A DNA stretch of 62,935 nucleotides, the filler included, from Rhabdomonas costata (taxonomy: Eukaryota), in assembly GCA_019059605.1 (NCBI GenBank). It is 11 parts of 11 records of this genome, joined end to end, with 100 filler letters (N's around TTAATTAATTAA, not from the genome) between each part and the next. Parts side by side here need not be neighbours in the genome. Positions count along the whole stretch, not along the records: positions 11,643 to 17,338 come from JAHMHO010000051.1; positions 17,439 to 23,037 come from JAHMHO010000052.1; positions 23,138 to 28,857 come from JAHMHO010000053.1; 8 more parts are not named here. The stretch is one strand, 5' to 3'. Under the pieces are notes generated by a model. The model had not been told where the DNA came from. It saw nothing but the letters and a program-made list of their open reading frames with translations, and did not search any database. The translations under genes were made by a program, and so were the position numbers. Positions 11,930 through 24,521 of this stretch are shown here, one piece after another. Within the stretch, counting starts at the first letter, position 1. Each line of letters starts with the position of its first letter.

Positions 11930-14900
11930 ATGCTCACCGAGGGCTCGAAAGCCCTTTCCAGGGTGTTGGTTGTGGTCTGTGCAATCTCTGCTCTCCTATG
12001 GGCACCGGTGGACTGCACGGAGGACAGTGACAGTGCGAAAACCGTCGTATTCAGAGAGGGGCCTGTGCTGATGCTGACGGATGTGTCGCTGTGTGTGCGA
12101 TTGACGTGGAGGCTGAACAGCGCGAGCACTGGGAGCTGCACCCTTCAGTAGTGCCACGCCCCCCTTTTCCCGATCTGTTTCTTTCTCTCGAGGGCGGAGA
12201 CACCCCAACGGTTGCCGAATTGACAGCAGCTGGACTGACAGACCGTGAGTATCGCTCGAATACCGTGGTAGATTTTAAAAGTTCAAATGGAATCAAATGT
12301 CGTCGATTGGGATGGCCTTTGAATGTGTAGAATTCGGCGCAAATAATTGCGTTGTCGGGGAAGTGTTTTCAGGGGATCTGATTTGGGAATGGACGCTCTT
12401 TGTTCGTCTCCGGTGTGTAAACGGAAAACGTTCAACTGAGGTTGAAGTGAACTCAATTGGAGCTAAATAGGAGTCGGGTTAAGAAATAAACGCCCACCGC
12501 GTTTTCCGAAGAGATAATTTTTACAATGGATCGGATAGAGAATGAATCAATTCCGAAGAATACTGGACCTATTCGTTGCGTGCCCCCCGCCCCCATTCCC
12601 CAAACGGTGGTAGCTGCTGTTGACCCAAAGCCACAATGATAGCATCTGAAATTGGTGGTCCTACAGCCAATCCTTGCCTTCCCTACGCCCCCTATCTGCT
12701 CCCCATTGATCTGCATTCCATTCGGGCGGGGAGGCTGCCCGATGGAGTCAAATGAAGCGAAATGGAGTTAAATGGTGGCAGAGCGATGTCCTCATTGCTT
12801 TTATCCGCTCACGTCCTGCTGGGACTCGCGAACGGGGAGGTAATCCGAGAAAAAATCTGTTCTTCAAACTTTTGGTGGCAGATCTTAGGTACCATCCCCA
12901 ATGCCAATCGAGGGAGTATTTGGCAAAAGTGGCTGATAACCAGTTGAAGGCGGAGGACATTTGGCTCCCCTTTGCATTTAACAGTCAGCCATAACCGAAA
13001 CGGCGACAAATCTCTCGTGCCCCTACGCCCAATGATGTCTCGTCTTGCTTTGTCATCGAAGAAAGCATTTTGCCTTTTTCAAGGCGCACTCAAGTTCAGC
13101 CAGGTGCCATGATGAGTGATCCTGCGCCAGGGACACTCTTCCGAGTGATCGCGTGCCAAAGGGGCCCTGCCAACGCCGTCGTCGAAAACATCAGACAGCA
13201 CAAACAATTGTGCATGGGGACATGTGTTCTGTCAGGTGGGGCACCACTACCCCACCTGACTGAGCACCCCCACCAGCACGATTATCTTTCTGAATTGTTA
13301 GGTCGATCTTTGAGGTGGGGGCACGCTTCCGTGCCTTTTGATTCTTTTTCGGCTGCGTGGGACCCCTTGAGCGTGGGCCCAGCAGAAGCGAGCTTGCGAT
13401 GCATTTTTGTCTTTGGCCAGCTTGGGCGAGCCGGCGCCAGACAGGCTATCTCTGGGCTGTCTCTGTCGTCAAAAACACAAAACAATACACGCACATGCAC
13501 ATGTGTGTGTGCTCTGACAGGTGGGGCACCACCTCTCCTCTGGCGAACTCCCTGACCAGCACGGAGACCAACCTCAACAACGATACCCACCGCCACACTG
13601 TGGACCTGTGCCAGCTACAGGCTCAGACGACCTACAACTACACCGCGGATTGCGACGGGGTGTCGGTGTCGAGCTCCTTCCTTTCGCCTCCGGACGCCAC
13701 CAGCACGACGACTGCGCCGTCGAGTGTGCGGTTCTTCGCGTACGGGGACACCCGCTCGCATCCTGAAATCCACGACGAACTGGTTCGTTTGTTTGAATAC
13801 TTTTCTTTCTTCGATTGCGCTGGCTCCCCTTCCCTTCCTTTTTTTTCGGTCCCCGCTGGCCCCTTTCCGACTGGTCCTTTCTTGTTTCTAGGCTCCTCCC
13901 CCGATTCCACCTTCGCGGTAACTTATTATGTCTAGCTACACCCCTAAATCAAGAACGTAGTTCGTAACGTTTCAAACTATCTTTTGGCGTGCAGTTTTGC
14001 CGCTGGGCATTGTAGCATATGCTGTCCTTTCATGAATACGCAGCGTTGTAAATTCTCGATTTACGGGGTAACCTGTTATATAAAGTGGGGCGTCGTCTCA
14101 TACGGCACTATCGTGATAGATATATAGTAGTTCTACACCAACGGAGAATCGGACACAATGAATTCTGTGCGGGAGGGCGGGGCATCATTGCCGCAGCCTC
14201 CCACGCTCAGGGAGTGTTTTTTTTTTTGGTGAGTGAGTCCGGAGTCTGTGGTTGCGGTGGTCTATTTTTGGCATAGTATTGGAAAAGTCGCGTTTTTGAC
14301 GGTATATTGCAGTTTACTGCGCGTATGGGGGTATTGTTTGCTGAAATTACATTCAAAATACGACTGAAGCTGACTACTTTTTCGTCAACCTGAGCCGAAT
14401 AGATGTTACTAATTGTTAATTAGGGTCGAATGGGGTGGGGTATCTCGAAAAAAGGTTCGTTGCCCCTCCAGAAGAGCGATATGATCTCCACCCCGAGCGG
14501 GTGTCTAGGTTGTGGTAAAGAAGGCACAAATATGGGTGGAGGTGGTTGAAGCGTCGCCTTAGTTGCTTCTCTCCCATACAGCGGGTTACCCAGGCGATTC
14601 TTGCGCTGCGAAGAGGGCTCGTTGAAACAGGGCTGGAGCTTATTCTTTCTGTAGAGAGCAGGCCTGGCCTCCGGAAACCTTGCGTGGCTGGTTCTTGGAC
14701 AAGGTCTGTCTGTTGAACCTTTACCTTGGCTGGTAATGGTGCCTCTGGCGGCGGCTCTTTAGTATCCCTTTTACACGGCTTCTGGTCCCCGCGCAGCGGC
14801 TGTTTAACGACAGCTCCCACAACTTTCATACAACCAATTACACAGGCTGCCCTTGAACTCATAATCGTGGTCTTTTCTGTTGAAGAGGAGCTGGCATGCC

Positions 14901-16472
14901 TCACTGAGCCGAGCCCTCCCCGACTGGATTCTCCGCAGTTCATACGGGATGTAACAAGGACCACCGAGTGGCTGTGAACGAATCCCTTATGTGGTTTGTT
15001 CAGGCCAGCGAGATGCTTTCCATGGTGGCTGCCACCCCCTCCTTCGGCACCTTTGCTCTGGTGTCTGGGGACTTGGTGGAAAAGGGGGCCAAGGAGAAGT
15101 ACTGGTACTATGACATCTTTGACCCGGAAATTGCGCCGAACGTCCAGAAGCTGCTTTCGCAGATCCCCTTCATTGCCTGCATGGGTATGACACAGCAGGC
15201 CTCGTAGGGCAAAGCAAACCAACGGGGTCATCTGAGGCAACAGAACAGCACGCCCGCTCAAATTTGCTTTTTCAGGGCGTGTCTTCCGAAGACACTGGTT
15301 GTTGGGGGTCTCATTTGAGATATTTCTTACCCCCTTTTATTTTTCCTAAGGAGTCAATCTTTCTGCGCATGGACAGCTTCGGGTTTCATACTCATATTTT
15401 CTGTGATCCACATGACCTGGAAACTGGAACCCCGGGGTGGGGTTGCTTCGCGACCTGTGGGCTGCTCGCGGTACAGGTAACCACGAGGCGTATTATGGCA
15501 ACAGGACCTACTACTACTCCGCGACGTACTTCCGGCAGAAGTTTCCCTATCCGTACGTCGATTCCACGTCCTTCTACTGGAGCTTCTCCTACGGCCCGAA
15601 CGTCAAAGTTTTTATCATTGACCAGGTTCGATGTTTTTTGTTTCTGTGTGGGTGTGTGGGTGTGTTATCGTTTCTTGAGGGGAGGCAAAACTGCGAGATT
15701 CACCTTTTCACCATGTGCCGTATGTGCACAGTCGAACTGGAACAAATTGTTGGACATGAAGAATTTTTTGAACAAAATAATCCACGACTATAAGCTTGTG
15801 AACTCCCGAAAATAGTATTGTTTGGTTTTCTTCCTTCTTCCCTCCTTCCGGCAGCCTTGCTCCCAAGGTTGAATGCATTCTGAAGATTATCTGTTGTCAT
15901 CTTGCAGTATCACCAGTACGACAGCGGCACGGAGCAGATGCAGTGGCTGGAGCGGGGCCTGTCGGAGAGCACGGCGAAGTGGAAGTATGCGGCCGCACGC
16001 GTGGAATCGACGGAATAATGGAGAGGTGCAGCGGGGTAAGCGGCGAGTATTGATCTGTCGGTGATCTCTGAAATATACATTACTTTCAGATCTGGTTCTG
16101 TTTTTTTTTGTGATGCCTGAGGTGTTCTTCTTTGCTTTTTGACAGTTTGATGTTTGTGTGGGAAACTCTCACTTTTGAGATGAAACGTGCCATATTACAC
16201 TCAGATCTTTTTTTTGTGACGCCTGAGGTGTTCTTCTTTGACTTTGCGAAGAAAGCATCGCGATTAGCCCTTTTTTGAATCGGTCTTTAGCTGCCATTTT
16301 GTGGTCTCCTGCTGCCTCGCTGGGTTTCACTTTTTCTTTGAAATGCATCAGGTTTCTGGTCTTTCACGCCCCGGGCTACTCGTGCGGGAATTGGCACAAT
16401 GCGAGTAAGGAGCGCGAGATGATCAAAGTTCGCACTGTGCTGGGGCCTCTTATTACGAAGTACAACGTCCAG
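11930..16472 (+). CDS. Secreted FN3 + calcineurin-like metallophosphoesterase (purple acid phosphatase-like fold); last exon(s) with GHxH not found
   Basis: In-phase exons 11930-12147, 13521-13782, 15004-15184, 15477-15625, 15908-15984 and 16352-16472. Signal-like N-terminus; motifs YGDTR, SGDLV, GNHE, QWLE and LVFH. Confidence 0.9.
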
Positions 16473-18186
16473 GTACCCCGCTCCTCCTCTTCTCCTTCCC
16501 GCACACCTTTTCCTTGTCATGAATTCCATCTGAACTCTTCCCTTCCCCTTTTTCTTCTTTCAAAGTGTGCATGGGTTTGCTGTTTTTGCCCAAGTCAAAC
16601 TCTGTGACGCTTCCCCTAGTAACGGTTTTGGTCTGGAAGCTTCCGCTGATTTGCCGTGTGTGGACGCCAAAGCTGAGTGTGGTTTCCTGTGGCTAACAAA
16701 AAGAATGCAATGGGGATGAAAGGTAAAGAAGGGCACAGAAAGGGATCCGGAATAACCGGAAAGCTTTGCCAGGTACCCAACCTGCGCGGTGACAACGAAG
16801 GAATGTCACACTGAAAGAAAGAAAACGTAGTTCGGTTTTCTGCTCAGCTCACTGTCCTCTAAAGTGAGTCGCACTGTGATTCCAGCACGGAACGGCAGCC
16901 TGCACCACCTCAGGGAGGGGAGAAACCCGTGAACGGGTAGCCCACTCAGAATCCAGTCCCGCACACCGCACGCCGGAGCAGCCTTGGCAAACTGTCCAGT
17001 GGCACCTGTCCAGGGCAGACTCAACCGTACACCCACCACTTGTGAGGGTACCGCCCGCCTTTTGATAAATACAGCCTCACGCAGGGCAGCAGTGAAGCCC
17101 TTGGTATCCTCAACACGCAGCTAACACCTCCACGAGGGAGCCCAGCACCAGCCGAACACGCGGATTACTGCGGGGGGTGGCCATGACCCATGACTCTACA
17201 TTGCCGGAATCCCCCCTGCCGGTCGGGAACGGTCCGAAAAACACTCCCACTCTCAGCGCATGGCGTGGCTCCACCGCAACCCTCAGCTGGAGCACTGGAA
17301 TGCAAGGAGCCTGCTGCACAATCTTCACCCCCAACACCNNNNNNNNNNNNNNNNNNNNNNNNNNNNNNNNNNNNNNNNNNNNTTAATTAATTAANNNNNN
17401 NNNNNNNNNNNNNNNNNNNNNNNNNNNNNNNNNNNNNNTGGGTTGTGGCTGAGGGTGGTGCCGCCGCGCTGGGGTTTTTCTTTGGAGAGTGGGGTACTGA
17501 GCGCGGATGCGAGCTCGGGATCACCGAGATGCTCTCCGCGACACTCTCCTGTGCAGAACCCCAGAACAAACAACTTGGCACTCGACTTATATTCATACTA
17601 CAGCATCGCGTGGAAGTGGAGAGGAGGCCATTTGCCATTTTCCGGGTGTGGGGTTCAGTCGTCAGTCATTACACCACTTCCCCCATTTCCATGAGAAATA
17701 CTCCATTTTCGGCAGTAAACAGTCAAAAAGCGCAACAATTCAAACAAGAAAAGATGTGACAGCCACCTTGGAAACGCCAATTAAATCAGAACAACTTGCA
17801 CAAGTTGCTCTCAATATGCCTGACACCACTTTTGTCGTCCAAGAAGGATGAACAATGAATCCTTGGGAAGCAACAAACGCAGACCCAATCCATTAAAGAC
17901 GATACGCTACAGCTACCAAGAACAGTTCCCCCTTCCCGCATACGACGGGAGTGGACCAAGCGCAGATGAGTCAGCACGCCCGCACCCTTTTTACTTTTCG
18001 GAAAAAAAAGAAAGGCAAGCAACCAGCAAAAGGCGAACACACCCCCTCGGTGAACCACGTCACAGCCGGTCCGGGGCCCAACCGAAGGACTTCCGCCTTC
18101 CCCCTGAACTCCGTCACAGACACGGTGAGTCCAAAGGGGTGGGCAGTGTTCAGCTGAGTGGGGCTCAGGTGAATCAGGGATACCAC

Positions 18187-21100
18187 CTTGCCCGTCTCGT
18201 GGGTCAACTGCGTGGCGCAGCCCTGGAGTATCCTCTGGCGGTGCTGCTCAGTGAGCTCCTCGACAATGTCCTGGAGGGGCTCGCCCTGTCAAAGTCATGC
18301 GAAAGAACCTTGCAAAGCAGAGTGTGTGAAGTGTATGCCGTGCGTTGGCTGCATCTGGGCTGATGCGAAGCTACCGCTTTGGTGCCATGTCGACGCATAC
18401 CTTCTGCACAACTACCCGGTGGTGGCGTGGTGGCGGGGACCGGATAGGCGGGGTACGTCTGCCGACCCAGGCTCATTATCATCATTCAATCATCAATTAT
18501 CAATAATCCCAGCCTCCCCTTCCAAGCCGAGCACCTGTGTGGCCACTAAAACGAGTGTGGATCCACAAAAACAAAAAAGCAAACGAAGATGAAAAATGTG
18601 GATGCAAGCCAAATGTGCAGCCACACCGCCATTGCCCCGCAGGCGATCTGGTGCAGCAGGGTCACATCTGAATAGCTCGTAAAAAGGGTCACCTCCTCCA
18701 CCGTCAAAGGACGCCTCATTTGCCTCAGGGTGGGAAGCAGCGCTTTGGGGATCAAGCCCTCGATAAATGCCTTGTGCCGCTGTGCAGCTAGGTAAACTTG
18801 CTTGAGATCAGCCAAACTCTGCTCCAGGTTAGCACCTGAGTACAAATGGTGAATGAACCCCCACCAAACCGCATCCAAACTTCCGGTGAATATACGCGCA
18901 AACTCAGTCTTCCTTTGCATTTGAAATAAACATGCAAGTCCATCCGATCCAATTATTATCGGGAGCTCTGCCGAGAACTTAACGCTTTCGTAATGTGGAC
19001 ATTGTGGGATAGAGTATGGTGGCAAACTAACACACCAACAAACAGGTGAAAGTTCTGCGAAAGGTTGCTGACGTGATTTTCCGATTTGCTGGCGTATCCC
19101 TGGCCAATAAAACTGATGGCGCTGTGCGAATTCGGCTTGGGAGGAATTGAATTTCAATTTGTTTGCAAACTTACCGATACTTCTGCCCACTCCGTATCCG
19201 TTGCAATCTTCCATACAAAATAGTGCCCCCGTCCACCCGGTAACCTTCCCAATTAACTTAAAAAAGGGCACCAAGCAAATACCTTGAGCAAGGTCAGTGT
19301 TCACTTTGGCCACGCCCTGAGGCGAGAGATGCCGCAGCAGCTGGTCTTCCTCCCCACTCAGCTCGCGCCCCATGTTCAGGGCAAAGATACGGGTTAAGGC
19401 CATACAGTGGATCCACGCCCCCCAAAGAACACCAACAAAAAAGCCAGAAAACAAACACGAAAGGACTTCAGATGGGGTAACAACGTCACTCGACCCCGGC
19501 TCACCCTCGCCCCGGTTTCCGCTAAACAAACAGAACCGTGACCTGGGACACGCTGCTGGCGGCAAAACCACGACGATTTGTAAACGGCGCCCAGAGACAA
19601 CCATCTGCCCTCGTCATATGGTCTTCACATTGTCTACGTCTTCGTCGTCTGCGCCTTCGACCCCATACATACACAGAACCGACTTCAAACCAAACATTAA
19701 AAACAAATAGCAGTTCGGTGGCAGCTGCGTTCGGTGATGCCACGTTAGGTGGAAGGTGAGGGCTGCACACCAAAGACGGTGTCCACAAACGAACAGTGAT
19801 CGCGCTTTTTTCGTTCTATACGCCTTCTTTCTGTTGGGTATGGGAATACGGTTTCTGGTCGGTTGTTGCTGGCTCATCGAGATGTCGGAGGAAGAGAGGA
19901 GGAAGTTCTTGCCTGAACTCAGACTCGCGCTGTGTTCGTGGGTTGGTTTTTCACTGTTTCAGCATGGACAAGATAAAATGGGTGTCAGCGCTGTTGCGCT
20001 CTGCTCATGTGCGCAGGCCCTTCTGTTCTTGTTTTCTTCTATTCTTGTTTTGCTTTCTTCTCGAGGGGAAAGGAAGGAAAGCGAAAGCCAGTTCAAAGTT
20101 CGAATACCAAGAAACATCATCTTTGTTAACGCTCAATCACGTTCAACAACACCTGAAGTGCACACAGCAGTGCACGGCCAGCAGTGACAGGAAACACCAG
20201 AATGTTTGAGATGCGCCCACTCCCCGATTAACCCACAGAGCAGTAAAGGGAAGCAAAGACAAAGTGACTCAGAAACCAAAGGCTTTAATGTAAGGCAAAC
20301 TTGGGCCACAAAAAAAGCACTACGAAAACCAAGACAGGATAACCACCAACCTTCAATACGGGAAGCCACAACTAGATAGATAGAGCGCTCACCCAAAGAA
20401 TGGGAGTGTGCCGGTGAGCGTTCTGGAATGGAGTGGAACCCCCCGATCTAGTCGACGTGCCATAGAGAAAGCGAAGACACGTGTCGACGAGAAGACGTAT
20501 GGAGCGGGGGGGCACGAATGCAGAGAGAAGGGTATGAATGTGGAGAGAAGGGCACGGGCATTTACTGGCACAATGGAGCAGCAAAAAGAAGCTAGCAACA
20601 ATTCTCCAACGGAACCCCCTTAGTCATACACCTTGTCTTGGCTAACCCCGCCATGTGCGGCGTGGGTATGATTGGCAAACACACGCAGCGGAGGAAGCAA
20701 AAATAAAATTAGTAAACACAAGCGGCCCCAAATCCAACCCTAATTTACACCGACCTGGTTGAACTCATCAGTTGGTCACCTGCTGGATTGATGACCCAAG
20801 AAACCAATGAAGCACTGGCACTTCCGGGCAGGAGATATATATCAGCGCAAACGCACTCACGAGTGCGGGCACAACATGCAAGTCCTCAACGAGAACGAAA
20901 AGCAAAGCCCGGCTCACTGTGGACCAAGGAACCTGAAGGAATTCTGGCAACTGAGGGAACGCCACACAAGCCCATATACATGGGAAACGAGAGACGAACG
21001 CTAAAGCAGCCTGTGATGTGCTAACCCCCCCCTGATATCTTACCACGAAAAGAACTCGACCTTTCCAAAAGCATCAAAGGCATGACGTCACCACTCCGAG

Positions 21101-22380
21101 CTCCAAACCAACATGCGAAAACGCGGCAACTGGGGTTTGGCAAATGGCTGAAGTATCCCCACCCCCCACAGGAGTTCAGAAACCGATTAGACGGAGCGCA
21201 CAGCACTTGCTGTCACTTAATGTACGAAGGGGGGTGGGTGTGGGCGGTAGAGAGACGGGCGGAAAGCATTGCACATTCAGTCAACTAATAGATGGACTAG
21301 TGACTCTGAAGGGAAGTGGGTGGTGGTAGTGGAAACACACCAAACAAAAAACACAACATCACAAGCAATATACTCCCGAACCCCGGCCCCTTCCCCCGTC
21401 TGGTGCTTTCCTTAACTGCTACCTAACTGACTAGCTAATCACTGCCAACAAGACTTACTCTCCTAGACATCGCCCATCACACTTCAAAGGCGTGTATTCT
21501 AACCATTACTTCACAAACAGAAGCAGAAATACAAAGAGGCAAACACAAGAGCAAACAAATATAGAAGCTCACGTGGAGAGCGCGGTGTCTCCCTGCATCC
21601 ACCCAGGTGGAGTACGCCGAGGGTACTTCCGCTGAAAGGAAGCGAAATGGAAATCCTCAAATCACCCTACCCGGTAGGTCTCCGAGTTGGAACGGTTACA
21701 GTGGCAACCTAACAGGCGGTGCAGCAGATGGGGCTTCGTGGGCTTCGCTGTGTGAGCAGAATTGCCTTCCGAAGTGGGGAACACCACCCCGGGATGGGCG
21801 CAGCCCAGGAGTCCCGCAACGAGGCGCCTGAAGACGGTGGTGAGGAAGTGGTCACAGAAGCATGCCGCTGACGCAGTGGCGACGCGAACACAAACAGAGT
21901 GTTACTGCGAGGTAGCTCAGGTGTACAGGTGGCTCGTGCTGTGGCTTGGGTCTCCCCAGCGGGTGAATGTGGAGAAAACAAGAAAAAATCTACGAGAAGC
22001 GAGCCACAGAATAGTCTGAGAATGTGCCAATACACCAGTAGCGACTCAGACCTTTTTATCGATTTGCCTGCGGAAGGCGACGATAGCGAAGATGGCTGAG
22101 CAGGCTCCGCAACCTCCGCGGCATCCGTAATCACAACGCTGACCCCAAAGCTCACGTGAATTTCCTCAGTTTCGCAACTGCGGGAGGGCGTGAGGGCCGA
22201 TGCGGGTGAACAAACCCAAGCTCCTGGCTGGCTCAACGATGACGTTATGTGCTGGAGGGAGGAGCGTGGCAGGCTGTCATCTCTGCCGACACGGCTGGAG
22301 CTCTTCCTCAGGGTGCTCTTTATTGAGTGCGAGCTCTGACTTGACACAGAGCGAGCCGAGAAACGCTCGCTGAGGTCCTC
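18187..22380 (-). CDS. Multi-exon hypothetical protein with a Ser-rich region and an internal ~70-aa helical repeat (partial)
   Basis: Exon 22380-22036 is Ser-rich. The exon ending 19283, then 18835-18627 and 18285-18187, join in phase. Intermediate exons are unresolved. Confidence 0.55.
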
Positions 22381-23603
22381 CTGAGAAAGTGCGCACAGGC
22401 ACCCCGATGCACACCAACGAAATCATGACTGCCTATTGGAATGCCCCATTCCGAGAAACTGAGAAAATGAATGGCCAACAAAGGGACTGAGCTTCTGTCA
22501 AAAGCATCAGGACAAGGACTGATTATTCAAATCCGAAAACCAATTCGACACCGTGATCATGCGTAGACAACGTCACCGGCAGACGTAGGAACGGTCGTCC
22601 AGTACGTCTCCTACGACAGAACCGTAGGCCATGACGCGATCGAATCCAATCAGAAAATAGAAACCCACAAATCAAAACACAGTTTTAAGGTTACTAAAGT
22701 TCAGTGATGTTCCGGCGAACAACTTTCCGGGGCGGGAGAGAGAGAGAAGGGAACGGGTTAACGACACTGCGCAAATGAAAAGAAAGGCGAACAATTAAAA
22801 GGAAAAGGAGAAGGGCTTTCTCCCAGCAGCCAGCGCAACATGACGACAACCACAGACGCAACCACACAAACCCACAAAAAAAAGCGTACCCACCCCAAAA
22901 ACCTCGTCACCACCAGGAAATTGATATTGAAACCAGAACATTCAAAGATTACGGGCAAGAGCTGTCTCCCCACTACTACGCGCACACATAAGCATACCGT
23001 CTCCGAAAACCACGTCACCACGGGGCCGAGCCCCCACNNNNNNNNNNNNNNNNNNNNNNNNNNNNNNNNNNNNNNNNNNNNTTAATTAATTAANNNNNNN
23101 NNNNNNNNNNNNNNNNNNNNNNNNNNNNNNNNNNNNNGGGTTTTGTTTCAACTTACGAACCCCCCATTTGTTGCTCGTTGTTTCATCTCGCGGGGGTGCT
23201 TGAGTGAGACGAAAGAGCAATCACCACAGATAAGAGGACTCGGAAAAATGCGTGTACACAGAAACGAGCGGGTTGAAACCGCTGAGCTGCTATGCAGTTC
23301 ACATGCAGTGCAAAGCGGTAAACGCGGCCCATCGCCCCTTGGGGGGGGGGGGGAAGGTCAGGGAAAGGGGCATTTGGAATCGACTGTATGAAAAGAACAT
23401 TGTGGTAGAATTGTGATGAACGCATTTATCTAGGAAGCATTTCCATTTTATCTTTATTCTATTCTGCTCTCGCCGGATTTACACAGAAAAGTGTGGGGCG
23501 TTACCCGGAGGTGGAGACGGGTGCTTGCATTCGACTGTGGGTATCGAGAAGTGCTTCGCTTTTGACGGTGAATATATAATTAATACAGTAATAATATGTA
23601 TAC

Positions 23604-24521
23604 CAGCACAAAGCCCATGATGAACCAATAGGCGTAGGTTCGGACGACCTCGCCCAGGGTAAGGTACATGGCCTGCCGCCACACCACCCAAACCATGAAG
23701 CCCACGGTGGGCAGCAGCAGTACCAAGCAGGCCATCACAGGTGGTGCCCCGAGGAACACCCCCACAAGGGTCAATAGCAGCACAAGGTACAGCGCAAAGA
23801 TCCAGATAGTGGCCTTGTGCTCTAAAGCAGACACATAGAGCTCGAGGAGAGGTTGGGTCTGACGGGTCTGCATCCCAGCAACTCAACCCCTCCCCAGTAT
23901 CCTAACCTCATTTCACGCGAGTACTCAACGGGAGCTAACGTCAAGTTCCATGGAGACGCAAATATGCGCAGCAAAACGAAAAGCGTCAGTCAGTCGCTTC
24001 CCAGCTGCAATATACCAGAGCACCAAACTACTTGTCGATGAAGAAAAGTCAGGTAAATATTACAAAAATGCAAGCACAGGTTTGTACGATTGTGGAACAA
24101 TGGCATAAAAAAAGGTACAATAGAGATCAGAAAAAGCGAGCGCCCACGCCATCCTCAACACAACCGCCATGGCAGCTTTTCAACACTACAAGACCAAGCA
24201 GCGTGTGTCAGACCAAAATGGCAGTAACGGGGTACTGCACACTGCACACATATCTGCACTTACTAATTAGATTAAGACTGTTCGTATACCTTGCAAACAA
24301 ATATCGAAGGTCCAAGATAGGGAGGGGGAGGAGACGGCACTCCTATCAATCAACCTGCGGGGAGTGGGCATACCTTGACGGGGTGCCAGTAGGGCTGCGT
24401 CCGGAAGCAGAGGGATGCCTGTCACGACAGAGTCGGGGGTCACAGCTACAGGAGTGCCTGTCCCAAAAGCGAGGGTAGGTGTGGGAAGGTCGAAGCGAAA
24501 GGCGCGGGCGTCATAAGACAT
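23604..24521 (-). CDS. 5' part of a multi-pass membrane protein, weakly PrsW-like; continues toward or off the contig end
   Basis: Exon 24521-24374 (ATG, GTATGC donor) joins 23821-23604 in phase. The second exon encodes about three hydrophobic segments (IWIFALYLVLLLTLVGVFLG, CLVLLLPTVGFMVWVVW, YAYWFIMGFVL). Confidence 0.55.

Noticed and set aside
16800..17338. GC-rich stretch as a retroelement fragment
   Set aside because: No RT, RNase H or integrase motif could be supported.
19370..19550. Candidate euglenid nonconventional intron (CAG near the 5' end, CTG near the 3' end)
   Set aside because: The pairing is only 6-7 bp and there is no transcript evidence. All confidently modelled introns are GT-AG.
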